Below are positions 46,828 to 59,653 of a stretch of 64,000 nucleotides of DNA, in pieces. The translations under genes were made by a program, and so were the position numbers. The notes beneath the pieces were generated by a model. It worked only from the letters and a program-made list of their open reading frames with translations, was not told the DNA's origin and searched no databases. The stretch comes from an uncultured Spartobacteria bacterium (GTDB lineage Bacteria > Verrucomicrobiota > Verrucomicrobiia > Chthoniobacterales > JAATET01): positions 39,688 through 103,687 of the forward strand of contig CALGTD010000138.1 in the NCBI GenBank assembly GCA_937901895.1. Direction: 5' to 3'. The number at the start of each line of letters is the position of its first letter. Position 1 is the first letter of the stretch.

Positions 46828-48321
46828 ATGCGCCGCCCTTTTTTCCTGCTGCACCTTTCCGCTCTGCTCCTCGCCGGGGCGGCACCGTCTTCTGCGCAAA
46901 CCTTTGTGCCTGCTCCGATGCCGGCTTTGTTGAGGAAGGCGGGCCTTCCTCCCACGGTGCGCTTCGGTTACGTCACTGTCCCCGCGAACCGGGCGATGAA
47001 TAATGGACAGAAGATCCAGATCGCGGTGGCGATCCTTCCCGCGAGGGAATCGCCGAAGAAGCCGGACCCGATCTTCTTTCTGCAGGGCGGACCGGGAGGG
47101 GCCGCCACCTTGGTGGCTGGGGATCCCGTGTATTCTCTGCTCTCCAGGGATCGCGATGTCGTCTTCATTGACCAGCGGGGGTGCGGGTTCTCGCGACCGT
47201 TTCTGGGTGCGGCTTCCAATGATGTGACCGTTCCATTCCGTCCGATCGCTCGTGCCCGGGCCCGCTTCCGCGAGCGTGGAATTCCTCTTGCGAGCTTCAA
47301 TACGCCGGAGAATGCAGCGGACGTCGAGGCGGTCCGGAAGGCGCTCGGCTATGGTCAAATCAACCTGTTGGGCAGCTCCTACGGGACGGTGCTCGCACAG
47401 CAGGTGATGAGTGATTTTCCACACAGACTCCGGTCGGTCGTGCTGAGCGGGGTGGTGCCGCTGCGTGGCTGGGACCTTGTGCCCGGCAATCAGCTTGTGC
47501 AGATGGATGGCCTGCGCGGCCTGTTTCGCGACGTGCGACGCACGCGGCGCGATCGGCGTTCGTTTCCGGCCCTCTCCTCGCGGTATAATGAGGTGATTGC
47601 GCGGCTTCTGGAGCGGCCGGTCATCCTCCGTCATCGCAGACAGAAGATCCGGCTCGATGCGTTTTCGTTTCAAAGTGCGCTGATCGTGCTCCTGCAGACA
47701 CCGCAAACGGTCCGCTATGTTCCGTTGCTCATCGAGGCCGCGTGGGAAGGACGCTACGAGCAGGTGGGGCCGTATCTTTATCCGCCGATGCGGCCGGGCG
47801 ACCGCGGTCTCGCATTCGGGATGTTTCTTTCCGTCGTGTCTCACGATTTCCGGGCGCCGGGAACCCATCGCCATGCGCTGGCACAAGTCGATCGACTGCC
47901 CAATGGTCCCTTCAAGACGATGACCCGTTACACCGTCGACCGCCTCACCAAGGCGCTCGACCGCTGGCCGGTGGCCTACGATCCGGGCGCGATCCGGCCG
48001 CCGTTTGGCAGTGCGGTGCCAACTTTGCTCGTGCAGGGAGACATGGATGCGCAGACACCGCCGAAGGGCGGAACGGACGCCGCGCGGCTGCTTGGTTTGA
48101 AGAATGCGTTTGTGATGTCGTTCCCCCGCAGTGGCCACGCGACCGGTCTTTCCGAAGGGCCGGCGTGCGACGCCATTCGTCAGTTTTTTGACACGCCGAA
48201 TCGGCGACCGGTCGTCAATCTGGCCCCGCTTCGGAAACGGCACTTCTACCTCACGAAATTCCCGCAGCGCTCCCGCACGAAGGCGATGCGCCCGGTGGTT
48301 CCCGTGGCCTCGTTGCCTTGA
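46828..48321 (+). CDS. Secreted alpha/beta hydrolase, S33/TAP-like (tripeptidyl/prolyl aminopeptidase family), paralog 1
   Basis: Trimmed to the ATG at 46828 (MRRPFFLLHLSALLLAGAAPSSAQ, a signal peptide). Oxyanion FFLQGGPGG, nucleophile LLGSSYG, acid GDMDAQTP and His RSGHAT. Confidence 0.8.
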   Translation: MRRPFFLLHLSALLLAGAAPSSAQTFVPAPMPALLRKAGLPPTVRFGYVTVPANRAMNNGQKIQIAVAILPARESPKKPDPIFFLQGGPGGAATLVAGDPVYSLLSRDRDVVFIDQRGCGFSRPFLGAASNDVTVPFRPIARARARFRERGIPLASFNTPENAADVEAVRKALGYGQINLLGSSYGTVLAQQVMSDFPHRLRSVVLSGVVPLRGWDLVPGNQLVQMDGLRGLFRDVRRTRRDRRSFPALSSRYNEVIARLLERPVILRHRRQKIRLDAFSFQSALIVLLQTPQTVRYVPLLIEAAWEGRYEQVGPYLYPPMRPGDRGLAFGMFLSVVSHDFRAPGTHRHALAQVDRLPNGPFKTMTRYTVDRLTKALDRWPVAYDPGAIRPPFGSAVPTLLVQGDMDAQTPPKGGTDAARLLGLKNAFVMSFPRSGHATGLSEGPACDAIRQFFDTPNRRPVVNLAPLRKRHFYLTKFPQRSRTKAMRPVVPVASLP

Positions 48322-48439
48322 GATTGCACGGAAAGGACGTCCACCCAACTCCCGGTCGATCTTCACCCCAGCGAGGGCGACGACTGGCGGAGAGTGGTGG
48401 CGGCGTTGTCAAAGTGGGCGGACTGGATTAAAGGCACGC

Positions 48440-49939
48440 ATGCTCCGACACCTTCTTTCGCTGCGTGTCTTCGCGGCATTTCTCGTCGGGGCGGGGCCGG
48501 CTCTTGCGCAGACCTTCGTGCCTGCTCCGCTTCCGGCGTTGTTGAGAAGGGTGGGTCTTCCAGATACGGTGCTCTTCGGCTACGTGGCGGTTCCCGAGAA
48601 CAGGGGATCGGACAATGGACGGATGATTCAGGTTGCGGTCACCATTCTGCCTGCGACTCAATCGTCGAAGCGACCGGATCCCATTTTCTTTCTCGAAGGC
48701 GGTCCGGGAGGGACGGCGAGCTACCTGCCGCTCTCGCCGACGTTTTCGATCCTGGCGCAGGATCGGGATATCGTGTTCGTGGATCAGCGCGGATGCGGAT
48801 TTTCACGGCCGTTTCTTGGCGCGAATTCCAACGACGTCACCGTGCCCTATTCCCCGATCAAGAAGGCGCTCGCGCGGTTTCGCTCCGCCGGCATTCCGCT
48901 GGAGTGCTTCAACACGGCGGAGAATGCCGCCGATATCGAGGCCGTCCGTGTGGCGCTGGGTTACGGCGCGATCAATCTCCTCGGGCACTCGTATGGCTCG
49001 GTGCTCGCGCAGCAGATGATGAGCGACTTTCCGGCGAACCTGCGTTCGGTGGTGCTGAGCGGGGTGGTGCCGTTGCGCGGATGGGATTTCGTGCCGGGGA
49101 ACCAGCTCGTGCAGCGCGATGCGTTGAGGGCACTGTTTCGCGATGTGCGTCGCACTCGAAGGGCGCGCGCGACGTTTCCGAATCTCGCGCGACATTACGA
49201 AGAGGTGGTGGCGAGGCTGCTCGAAAAGCCGGTGATGGTGCCGAGATTCGGACGCCTCGTGCGACTGGATGCCTTTTCCTTCCAGATGGCCCTGCTTGGG
49301 CTCATGCAGGCGCCGAACACCATTTGCGTGGTGCCGCTTTTCATTCAGGCCACGTGGGAGGGCCGCTACGAGGAGATCGGTCGCTTTATTCCGGACGACC
49401 TCTCTCCGGTGAAAAACCGGAGTTTTGCCTTCGGCATGTATCTTTCGGTGATGTCGCGCGATTTTTTCCCGCCCGGGTCTGCGGCAAAAGCGCGCGCCGC
49501 CGCTGATGCGCTGCCGGACAGTGCGTTCAAGGAGATGACACGCGTCACCGTTTCCCGACTCGCCCGGGCGATCAATCGCTGGCCGGTGCGCTACGATCCG
49601 ACCGGACTGAAGCCGCCGTTCGGAAGCGCCATCCCGACGCTTCTGCTCCAGGGGGACATGGATGCGCAGACGCCGTCTCGTGGCGGCACGGATGCCGCGC
49701 GTCTGCTGGGCCTGCGGAACGCTTTTGTCATCAGTGTGCCGCGTAGCGGTCACAGCACCGGTGCCACCCAGGGACCCGCCTTCAACGCGGTGCGTCGGTT
49801 TTTTGCCGAACCGCACCGCAGGCCCGTGGTGAGCTTTGCCTCGTTGCGGCGGCCGAATTTTTATCGCACCCGATTTCCAGTCTCATCCCGGATGCGGACG
49901 CCCGCGGTGGCGATTCCGCAGCTCCCGACGGGGTTGTAG
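48440..49939 (+). CDS. Secreted alpha/beta hydrolase, S33/TAP-like, paralog 2
   Basis: Trimmed to the ATG at 48440 (MLRHLLSLRVFAAFLVGAGPALAQ). It is colinear with paralog 1 at roughly 60% identity by eye (FFLEGGPGG, LLGHSYG, GDMDAQTP, RSGHST). Confidence 0.8.
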   Translation: MLRHLLSLRVFAAFLVGAGPALAQTFVPAPLPALLRRVGLPDTVLFGYVAVPENRGSDNGRMIQVAVTILPATQSSKRPDPIFFLEGGPGGTASYLPLSPTFSILAQDRDIVFVDQRGCGFSRPFLGANSNDVTVPYSPIKKALARFRSAGIPLECFNTAENAADIEAVRVALGYGAINLLGHSYGSVLAQQMMSDFPANLRSVVLSGVVPLRGWDFVPGNQLVQRDALRALFRDVRRTRRARATFPNLARHYEEVVARLLEKPVMVPRFGRLVRLDAFSFQMALLGLMQAPNTICVVPLFIQATWEGRYEEIGRFIPDDLSPVKNRSFAFGMYLSVMSRDFFPPGSAAKARAAADALPDSAFKEMTRVTVSRLARAINRWPVRYDPTGLKPPFGSAIPTLLLQGDMDAQTPSRGGTDAARLLGLRNAFVISVPRSGHSTGATQGPAFNAVRRFFAEPHRRPVVSFASLRRPNFYRTRFPVSSRMRTPAVAIPQLPTGL

Positions 49940-50036
49940 GTGACAACAACTTGGTCTGATGGGGGGGACGGGGGAGTCCTCGCCGCTACATCCTTTCGCA
50001 GTGACACGCCGCCTTTCGAAGGCTACGAACCGAGGC

Positions 50037-50315
50037 ATGGCCACCACGGCGAAAGTGCTGCTTTGGGTTTTGGGGATGTTTCTTATTCCGCCGTTCGTCG
50101 GATTTCTCACGGGAGCGGCAAGTAATTGGGCAAACGCCGGTGCATTCGTCGCCTATGGCTTCGTGATGATTGGAATGGCGGTGGGGGCGGCTGTGAACGT
50201 GGCGCGAAGTCCGGCAGCGCGGATTGGCCTGTTTTTTGTTTTTGCGGTCGGAATGCTCTTCCTGCAGTGCGCCGTCTTTTTTGTCGGTTGCACGATTCTC
50301 GTGTCGGTCGCGTGA
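50037..50315 (+). CDS. Small three-TM membrane protein (92 aa)
   Basis: Trimmed to the ATG at 50037 (MATTAKVLLWVLGMFLIPPFVGFL...). It has three hydrophobic helices. Its TGA overlaps the GTG start of the radical-SAM gene (GTGA, 50312-50315). Confidence 0.6.
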   Translation: MATTAKVLLWVLGMFLIPPFVGFLTGAASNWANAGAFVAYGFVMIGMAVGAAVNVARSPAARIGLFFVFAVGMLFLQCAVFFVGCTILVSVA

Positions 50316-51688
50316 GCGGAATCGTAATCCCGAATCCTCTGGGCTCGCTGCTCAAGCGCACGCGCAGCCGGTGTGTGGTATGTCATCAGGATTGCCCCGC
50401 CGAGGTGCGGCGAAAGGCGGAGGATGGCGTCGAGAAGGTCTTTCTCACGCGCTCTTGCCCGATGCATGGCTCGCAGACGACCTGCATCGCGTCGGACGCG
50501 AGGTTCTACTGGCTCGCGCAAGGCAATCCGGACAATGCGTGCTGTGGCCCGGGGGCAGCCTGCTGCGCCTCGACGGGCGAGCCGGCCGGGTCGCTGGGCA
50601 AAAACGCATTGGGGCGGGCTGACGGTCCTTTCGAGAAGCTCTCCACCTGCCTCGCGCTGATCGAGATTGTCGATACCTGCAATCTTGCATGTCCTGTGTG
50701 CTATGCGGATTCGCCGCGCGATCATGCGACCATTGGTGCGAAACCCGTCGACGAACTGCAGGCACGGATCCAGGGCGTGATCGATCGCAAGGGCGAGATC
50801 GACATCCTGCAATTCTCCGGCGGCGAGCCGACGATCCATCCGCAATTCTTCGAGCTGCTCGAGTGGGCACAGTCGCATGCGGGCATTCGGTATGTGCTTG
50901 TGAATACAAACGGCGTGAAGCTTGCCACGGATGACGAGTTTCTTGCCGGCATGGCGGCGGCGGCTCGGCGACGGGGATTGCAGGTATATCTTCAATTCGA
51001 TGGCACTCTCGAGGCGGGGCAGCGGGAGTTGCGGGGAGGGGATCTGCGGGCGATGCGGGAGCGGGCGATTGTGCGTTGTGGCGAGATCGGTCTGCCGGTC
51101 ACGCTGGCCATGACCGTGACGCAGGAAAATCTCTCGAACGTGTGGGACACGGCGGAGTTCGGCCTGCGTTTTCCGCAGGTGCGCGGTGTGAGCTATCAGC
51201 CGTTTTTCACGAGTGGGCGACGTGTCGCGCTGGATCCTGGCTACAGACCGCTCACGACGGCCGATGTGCTGCTGGCGCTCATTGCGAACGGTCCACTAAA
51301 GGCGGACGATTTCACGCCGTTGCCATGTGGTGATCCGAACTGCGCGACCATCGGCTACCTGCTGCGCGTGGCGGAGGAGGTGCGGCCCATCAGCGAGTTT
51401 CTCGATTTCCGTGAGCTGCAGGGTTTCCTTCGCGACAAGGTGCGTTACTCGCTGGACGACCTTGTCCAGTGCGGTTGCGAGAACGAGCCGCTCGGCGAGT
51501 TGCTCAAGCAATTCGAACTCGATGAGTCGAATACGTTCCGGCTTTTCGTGAAGCCGTTCATGGATGCGTTCACCTGGGACGAGGATCGCATCGACCGCTG
51601 TTGCACGCATGTGATCCGCGAGGATGGCCGACTCGACTCGTTTTGCCGCTACTACTCCGGATTCCCGGATACGTGTTGCGCTCCGTGA
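50312..51688 (+). CDS. Radical SAM enzyme with an N-terminal Cys/His knuckle and extra C-terminal Cys clusters; resembles the COG1964 / tetraether-lipid-synthase (Tes, GDGT-MAS) family
   Basis: In-frame GTG at 50312. The N-terminus reads CVVCHQDCPAEV...VFLTRSCPMHG...SDARFYW. The radical-SAM CNLACPVC (CX3CX2C) lies at 50678-50701, followed by FSGGEPT. Later cysteine motifs are PLPCGDPNCATIGY, VQCGCENEP and RCCTHV...SFCRYY. Confidence 0.75.
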   Translation: MSGIVIPNPLGSLLKRTRSRCVVCHQDCPAEVRRKAEDGVEKVFLTRSCPMHGSQTTCIASDARFYWLAQGNPDNACCGPGAACCASTGEPAGSLGKNALGRADGPFEKLSTCLALIEIVDTCNLACPVCYADSPRDHATIGAKPVDELQARIQGVIDRKGEIDILQFSGGEPTIHPQFFELLEWAQSHAGIRYVLVNTNGVKLATDDEFLAGMAAAARRRGLQVYLQFDGTLEAGQRELRGGDLRAMRERAIVRCGEIGLPVTLAMTVTQENLSNVWDTAEFGLRFPQVRGVSYQPFFTSGRRVALDPGYRPLTTADVLLALIANGPLKADDFTPLPCGDPNCATIGYLLRVAEEVRPISEFLDFRELQGFLRDKVRYSLDDLVQCGCENEPLGELLKQFELDESNTFRLFVKPFMDAFTWDEDRIDRCCTHVIREDGRLDSFCRYYSGFPDTCCAP

Positions 51689-52372
51689 ACCTGCCGCCGC
51701 TCTATGCGCTGACGATGCTCGGCGCGATTACCCTCGCCGGCATTTTCTGGTGGCGGCTTGCGCGGCGCGATGGGCGATTGTTTTTTCTCTACCTGATCGC
51801 GCTCTTCGGCGCGTTGGCCGGTGCAAAACTGGGCTGGTTCATCGCGGAGGGGTGGCGCGAAATCGGCCATCCGCAATTTCTGATCGCCCTCGCAACCGGC
51901 AAGACGATTGTCGGCGGACTGATCGGAGGTTACCTGGCGGTGGAATGGGGCAAGCGGGCGCTGGGATTCTCCGGGGTTACCGGAGACTGGTTCGCCATGG
52001 TCGTTCCGCTGGGCATTGCACTTGGCCGTGTGGGCTGCCTCGTGCAGGGCTGCTGCGGTGGGATGCCATGGAACGGCTGGTGTGCCGTCGTGGACGCGCA
52101 GGGCATGGCGCGTTGGCCGTCCGCCGAAATGGAACTGGCGTTCAACCTCCTCGCGGCGTTGACATTTTTCCTGATGCGCAGGGGCAGGCTGCTACGGGGT
52201 CAGCATTTTCACATATACCTGATGGCATACGGCCTTTTCCGCTTCTTCCACGAATTCGTTCGCGATACGCAGCGAGAGATTGGAGTCTTCTCAGGCTATC
52301 AACTGCTCGCGCTCCTTTGCTTTGCCGTTGGCGTGGTTGGATTCGTGAGACGCGCGAATGGACAGCGCGGAA

Positions 52373-52389
<17 letters not shown>
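51685..52389 (+). CDS. Lgt-family (prolipoprotein diacylglyceryl transferase-like) membrane protein, short form (234 aa)
   Basis: The in-frame GTG at 51685 overlaps the radical-SAM TGA. Lgt-like motifs are present ([31 protein letters not shown] in place of GRxGNFxNxE, and [17 protein letters not shown]). About 7 TM helices. Confidence 0.7.
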
Positions 52390-56074
<3,685 letters not shown>

Positions 56075-56087
56075 TGCAACGTCAAGG

Positions 56088-56126
56088 TGAACGAATCAAA
56101 ACATATTGATATGTTAATTCGTTTCA
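56088..56126 (-). promoter_or_regulatory. AT-rich imperfect palindrome overlapping a candidate metH promoter
   Basis: The minus strand reads cTTGAAAcgaattaacatatcaaTATGTTttgattcgttca, i.e. TTGAAA, 16 nt, TATGTT. The core inverted repeat is AACATAT-tg-ATATGTT (56100-56115), with extended arms GAACGAAT/ATTCGTTTC. It is the only AT-rich patch in the 61-bp kef-metH spacer. Confidence 0.4.
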
Positions 56127-56135
56127 AGTCAGCGG

Positions 56136-57863
56136 TTAAATGTCCGCGTCACCAAAGAGTTCGCGGCGGACACGTTCGCGCTCGCGATCCACGTGGTCGA
56201 AGGTTGCGCCAAGGGAACGGAGCACGAATTCGGTCATGGTAAGCGCGACCTCGCCCTCGGCGGTCACGACGCGATGGGCTCCCGCGCGGTCGAGATGGGG
56301 GGCTTCGTTGAGGTAGTTTGCACGGGCGAGGATGCGAATATCGGGGTTGAGCTCCCGCGCGATGCGGATGGCCTGGTCAACTTCCGAGATGCTCGAAGCC
56401 GTGAAGATGAGGGCCTCGGCGGTGGCAACACCGGCGGAGGTGAGCGTTTCGCGGCGGGAGGCCTCGCCGTAGATGGCGTGCTCGCCGTTCTTCCGCAGTG
56501 CGCGCACCGTGTCGACGTTCATCTCGATGATGACGGGACGGATGTCATTGCGGGAAAGGATGCGCTTAACCGTGCGGCCAACGGGGCCGTAGCCCACCAC
56601 GATGGCGTGGTGCTCGTCGTCTCCATCGGGGATTTCCGGTCCGTCGGGAAGCGGCTCGGTGGGATTGAGAAAATGGTCGATCGACGGGTGCTTTTTCACC
56701 CAACGGCCCATGGCCGGAATCGCCTTGTAGAACAGCGGATTGAGGGTGATCGAGATGATGGACGCGCTGACCAGGATGTTCTGAGCGCCATCGGGTAGCA
56801 TGTTCAGGCTGCCGGCGAGACTTGCGAGAATGAAGGAAAATTCGCCGATCTGAGCGAGGGCGACGGAGACGCCGATGGCGACGTGAAACGGGTAGCCAAG
56901 CACCCGGACCACCACCAGGGCTGCGATGGGTTTGCCGATCAGGATCACCGCCGTGGCGACCGTGATGACCAACCAATCCTGTGCGAGGCGCGACGGGTCG
57001 AAAAGCATGCCGACCGAGACGAAAAACAAAACGGCGAACGCATCGCGGAACGGCAGCGCCTCGGTGGCTGCGCGATTGCTGAACTCCGACTGTCCGACGA
57101 CCATGCCGGCAAGGAAGGCGCCGAGAGCCATCGACGCGCCGAAGAATTTCGCCGACCCGACCGCAATGCCCAGCGCGAGCACGAGGATGGTGAGCGTGAA
57201 CAGTTCGCGCGAGCCGGTCCGGGCCACATAGGCGAGCACGCGGGGGATCACGTAGCCGCCGAGCAGGAACGTGAGGCCGACAAGGGCGCCGAGTTTGAGC
57301 ATGGCGCCGCCGAGCGAAGTGACGAGCGTTGCGCCGGTGGACTCGCCCGCGAGCGAGGGCAGGAGAACGAGTGCGACGACGGTGAAGATATCCTCCACGA
57401 CGAGCCAGCCGATGGCGATGTGGCCGGTGCGTGTGTGAAGTGCTCCGTGGTCGGACAGCACGCGGGTAAGGACCACGGTGCTTGCGACCGAAATCGCGAG
57501 ACCAAAGACGATGCCGGCATTCCAGTTCCAGCCGAACAGATGCATGGTCGCGGCACCGAGCGCGGTGGCGACTCCGATCTGGACGATGGCCCCGGGGATG
57601 GCCACACGCCGGACCGCGAGGAGTTCCTTGAGGTGGAACTGAAGACCGACGCCGAACATGAGCAGAATCACTCCAATCTCCGCCATCTGTGCCGCGAGTT
57701 CCGAATTCGCCTCGAATCCCGGTGTGTGCGGACTCACGGCGATGCCTGCGATGAGGTAGCCGACGATCGGTGAAAGCCCCAGACGTGTGGTGATATAGCC
57801 GAAAAGGAGGGCTGCACCGAGGCCGCCTGCGAAAGTCAAAATGAGGTCGATGTGCTCCGGCAT
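56136..57863 (-). CDS. CPA2 cation:proton antiporter with a C-terminal RCK/TrkA-N domain (KefB/KefC-like), 575 aa
   Basis: Trimmed to the ATG at 57863 (MPEHIDLILTFAGGLGAALLFGYITTRLGLSPIVGYLIAGIAV...). The Rossmann motif is VVGYGPVGRTV. Confidence 0.88.
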   Translation of the reverse strand: MPEHIDLILTFAGGLGAALLFGYITTRLGLSPIVGYLIAGIAVSPHTPGFEANSELAAQMAEIGVILLMFGVGLQFHLKELLAVRRVAIPGAIVQIGVATALGAATMHLFGWNWNAGIVFGLAISVASTVVLTRVLSDHGALHTRTGHIAIGWLVVEDIFTVVALVLLPSLAGESTGATLVTSLGGAMLKLGALVGLTFLLGGYVIPRVLAYVARTGSRELFTLTILVLALGIAVGSAKFFGASMALGAFLAGMVVGQSEFSNRAATEALPFRDAFAVLFFVSVGMLFDPSRLAQDWLVITVATAVILIGKPIAALVVVRVLGYPFHVAIGVSVALAQIGEFSFILASLAGSLNMLPDGAQNILVSASIISITLNPLFYKAIPAMGRWVKKHPSIDHFLNPTEPLPDGPEIPDGDDEHHAIVVGYGPVGRTVKRILSRNDIRPVIIEMNVDTVRALRKNGEHAIYGEASRRETLTSAGVATAEALIFTASSISEVDQAIRIARELNPDIRILARANYLNEAPHLDRAGAHRVVTAEGEVALTMTEFVLRSLGATFDHVDRERERVRRELFGDADI

Positions 57864-57951
57864 GAAGCGCAGAGTTTGCGAGTCAGGAGGCCCGGTGCGG
57901 AAGCACGAACTGGCGAAAAGATCGGGTTGCGGATAGATTCCGACATCCCTC

Positions 57952-59049
57952 ATGAGTCGAATTCGTTTCGAAATTCTTCCGCCGGTGGATCGACCGGAGG
58001 AGCCGGTGTTCGTCTGTGGGAACATTGCGGCGTTGGGGGATTGGAATGCGGAGCGGGCGCTGCCGTTGCGGTGGAACGGAGAGGTGCACGAAGGGACGAT
58101 CGAGGCGGAAATCGGGTCCTCGCTGGAATACAAGATTCTGCGTGGCGGGTGGCCTTCGGAGGCGGTCGATGCGTGGGGAAATGTGCCGCCAAATGCGCGC
58201 CACGAGGTGTGGCTGGATGCGACCGTTCACCGGACGGTCGCGGACTGGAAGGATCGCTATGACGGCCGGCTCATGCGGGACCGGACCTACTCCCGGTCGC
58301 TGGCTTCATGGAGGGAGCTGCTGGTATGGCTGCCCTCCTCGTATGCGGCGGAGCCGGACCGGCGGTATCCGGTGCTTTATTTCAACGACGGGGCGAACGT
58401 GTTCGATCCGCAAACGAGTCCGCTTTCGGGCGTGGACCTTGCGGCGGACGAATGGGTGCGCCTGCTTGCGGCGGAGGGCGGGATGCCGGAGGCGATCATC
58501 GTGGGCGTGTGCCATCCGGAGGGGTTGGCTGAGGAATATCTCAGTCTGCGCGAGGTGGATCTTTCCGATGAGCTCGGAGGAATCGCGTATTCGGAATTTC
58601 TTGCGCGCGAGCTCGTCCCCGAGATCGATGCCCGATATCGCACGCAGGCACGGGCAACGGCGCGAATGCTTGGTGGCACGGGACTCGGTGCGTTGAATGC
58701 GCTGGCGACGGCGATCCGGCAACCCGGGGTCTTTGGAAAGATTGCGTGCCTTTCCACGTCGTTTGGAGAACCGCCGGGATCGTGTGGGGAACTGGAGGCG
58801 CTCGCAGGCGCCTCTGATCTGGATCGCGAAATGCGGTGGTATTTTGACTATGGATCCGTTCCGCCTGACGACCGGCTGGAGTCGAGGCATCGCGAACTGG
58901 CGACGATCCTGATCGGGAAAGGGTGGAGGGAAGGTCGCGGGTTTCGCGTGCTGCGGGTGATTGGCGCCCCGCACGACGAGCGCTCGTGGCGCTTGCGGCT
59001 GGGCGATGCGCTGCGATTCCTCTGGCGCGACTGGAAGCGGACTTCGTGA
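57952..59049 (+). CDS. CBM20-like starch-binding domain fused to an esterase-D/enterochelin-esterase-like alpha/beta fold (365 aa)
   Basis: N-terminus: VFVCGNIAALGDWNAERALPLRWNGEVHEGTIEAEIGSSLEYKILRG, which is CBM20-like. C-terminus: YPVLYFNDGANVF ... MLGGTGLGALNALATAIRQPGVFGKIACLSTSF, the PF00756-type layout. Confidence 0.65.
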   Translation: MSRIRFEILPPVDRPEEPVFVCGNIAALGDWNAERALPLRWNGEVHEGTIEAEIGSSLEYKILRGGWPSEAVDAWGNVPPNARHEVWLDATVHRTVADWKDRYDGRLMRDRTYSRSLASWRELLVWLPSSYAAEPDRRYPVLYFNDGANVFDPQTSPLSGVDLAADEWVRLLAAEGGMPEAIIVGVCHPEGLAEEYLSLREVDLSDELGGIAYSEFLARELVPEIDARYRTQARATARMLGGTGLGALNALATAIRQPGVFGKIACLSTSFGEPPGSCGELEALAGASDLDREMRWYFDYGSVPPDDRLESRHRELATILIGKGWREGRGFRVLRVIGAPHDERSWRLRLGDALRFLWRDWKRTS

Positions 59050-59071
59050 TCGCGCCGCGGAACCACCAATG

Positions 59072-59653
59072 TCACGCCGGTTGCGGAACGCGGGGGCGAA
59101 CGGTGAGACGAATGGCCGCGAGGAACATGACGGTGAAGAGCACGTCTCCGGCAATCGACCATTTGAGGAACGTCCACGTCGGCGGAAACCCGGGCACGCC
59201 CACGGTGAGCGCCTGAACCCAGCCGCCGGCGGTCCTGGCGTAGTCCGGGCTGGCAACCCAGGCGAGCGAGTTCGAGACCAGGTAGAACAGGAGCGAGTTA
59301 CCGACGACTGCGGCGAGGGTGAGACCGATCCCGGCGTTCATGCGGCGCAACACCAGACCGCATGCCACGGCGAGCCCGTAGCTGGATGCACGCACGAGAT
59401 CGTCCCAGCCGATGGCGGGGCATCCGTAGAAAAGATTCAGCGCGATGTCGGAAATGACGAGCGCCGCCAGTGGGATGACCATGGCATAGGCACCGGGCAG
59501 GATGAGCGCTGCGCAAAGTGCGACGGCCATCACGGGCGAGAAGTTTGGCAGATCGGGCAGCAGGGTGACGCGGAAGAGTCGGAAGCCGACTGCGAAGGCA
59601 ATGAACGCGATCGCGAGAGCGAATTCCGGACGGCGGTGGATGGGTGTGTTCAT
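59072..59653 (-). CDS. Polytopic membrane protein (193 aa), possibly a DUF6580-type transport protein
   Basis: 5-6 TM helices, with a PNFSPVMAVALCAALIL motif near the N-terminus. The ATG overlaps the upstream TGA (ATGA at 59650-59653). Confidence 0.6.
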   Translation of the reverse strand: MNTPIHRRPEFALAIAFIAFAVGFRLFRVTLLPDLPNFSPVMAVALCAALILPGAYAMVIPLAALVISDIALNLFYGCPAIGWDDLVRASSYGLAVACGLVLRRMNAGIGLTLAAVVGNSLLFYLVSNSLAWVASPDYARTAGGWVQALTVGVPGFPPTWTFLKWSIAGDVLFTVMFLAAIRLTVRPRVPQPA

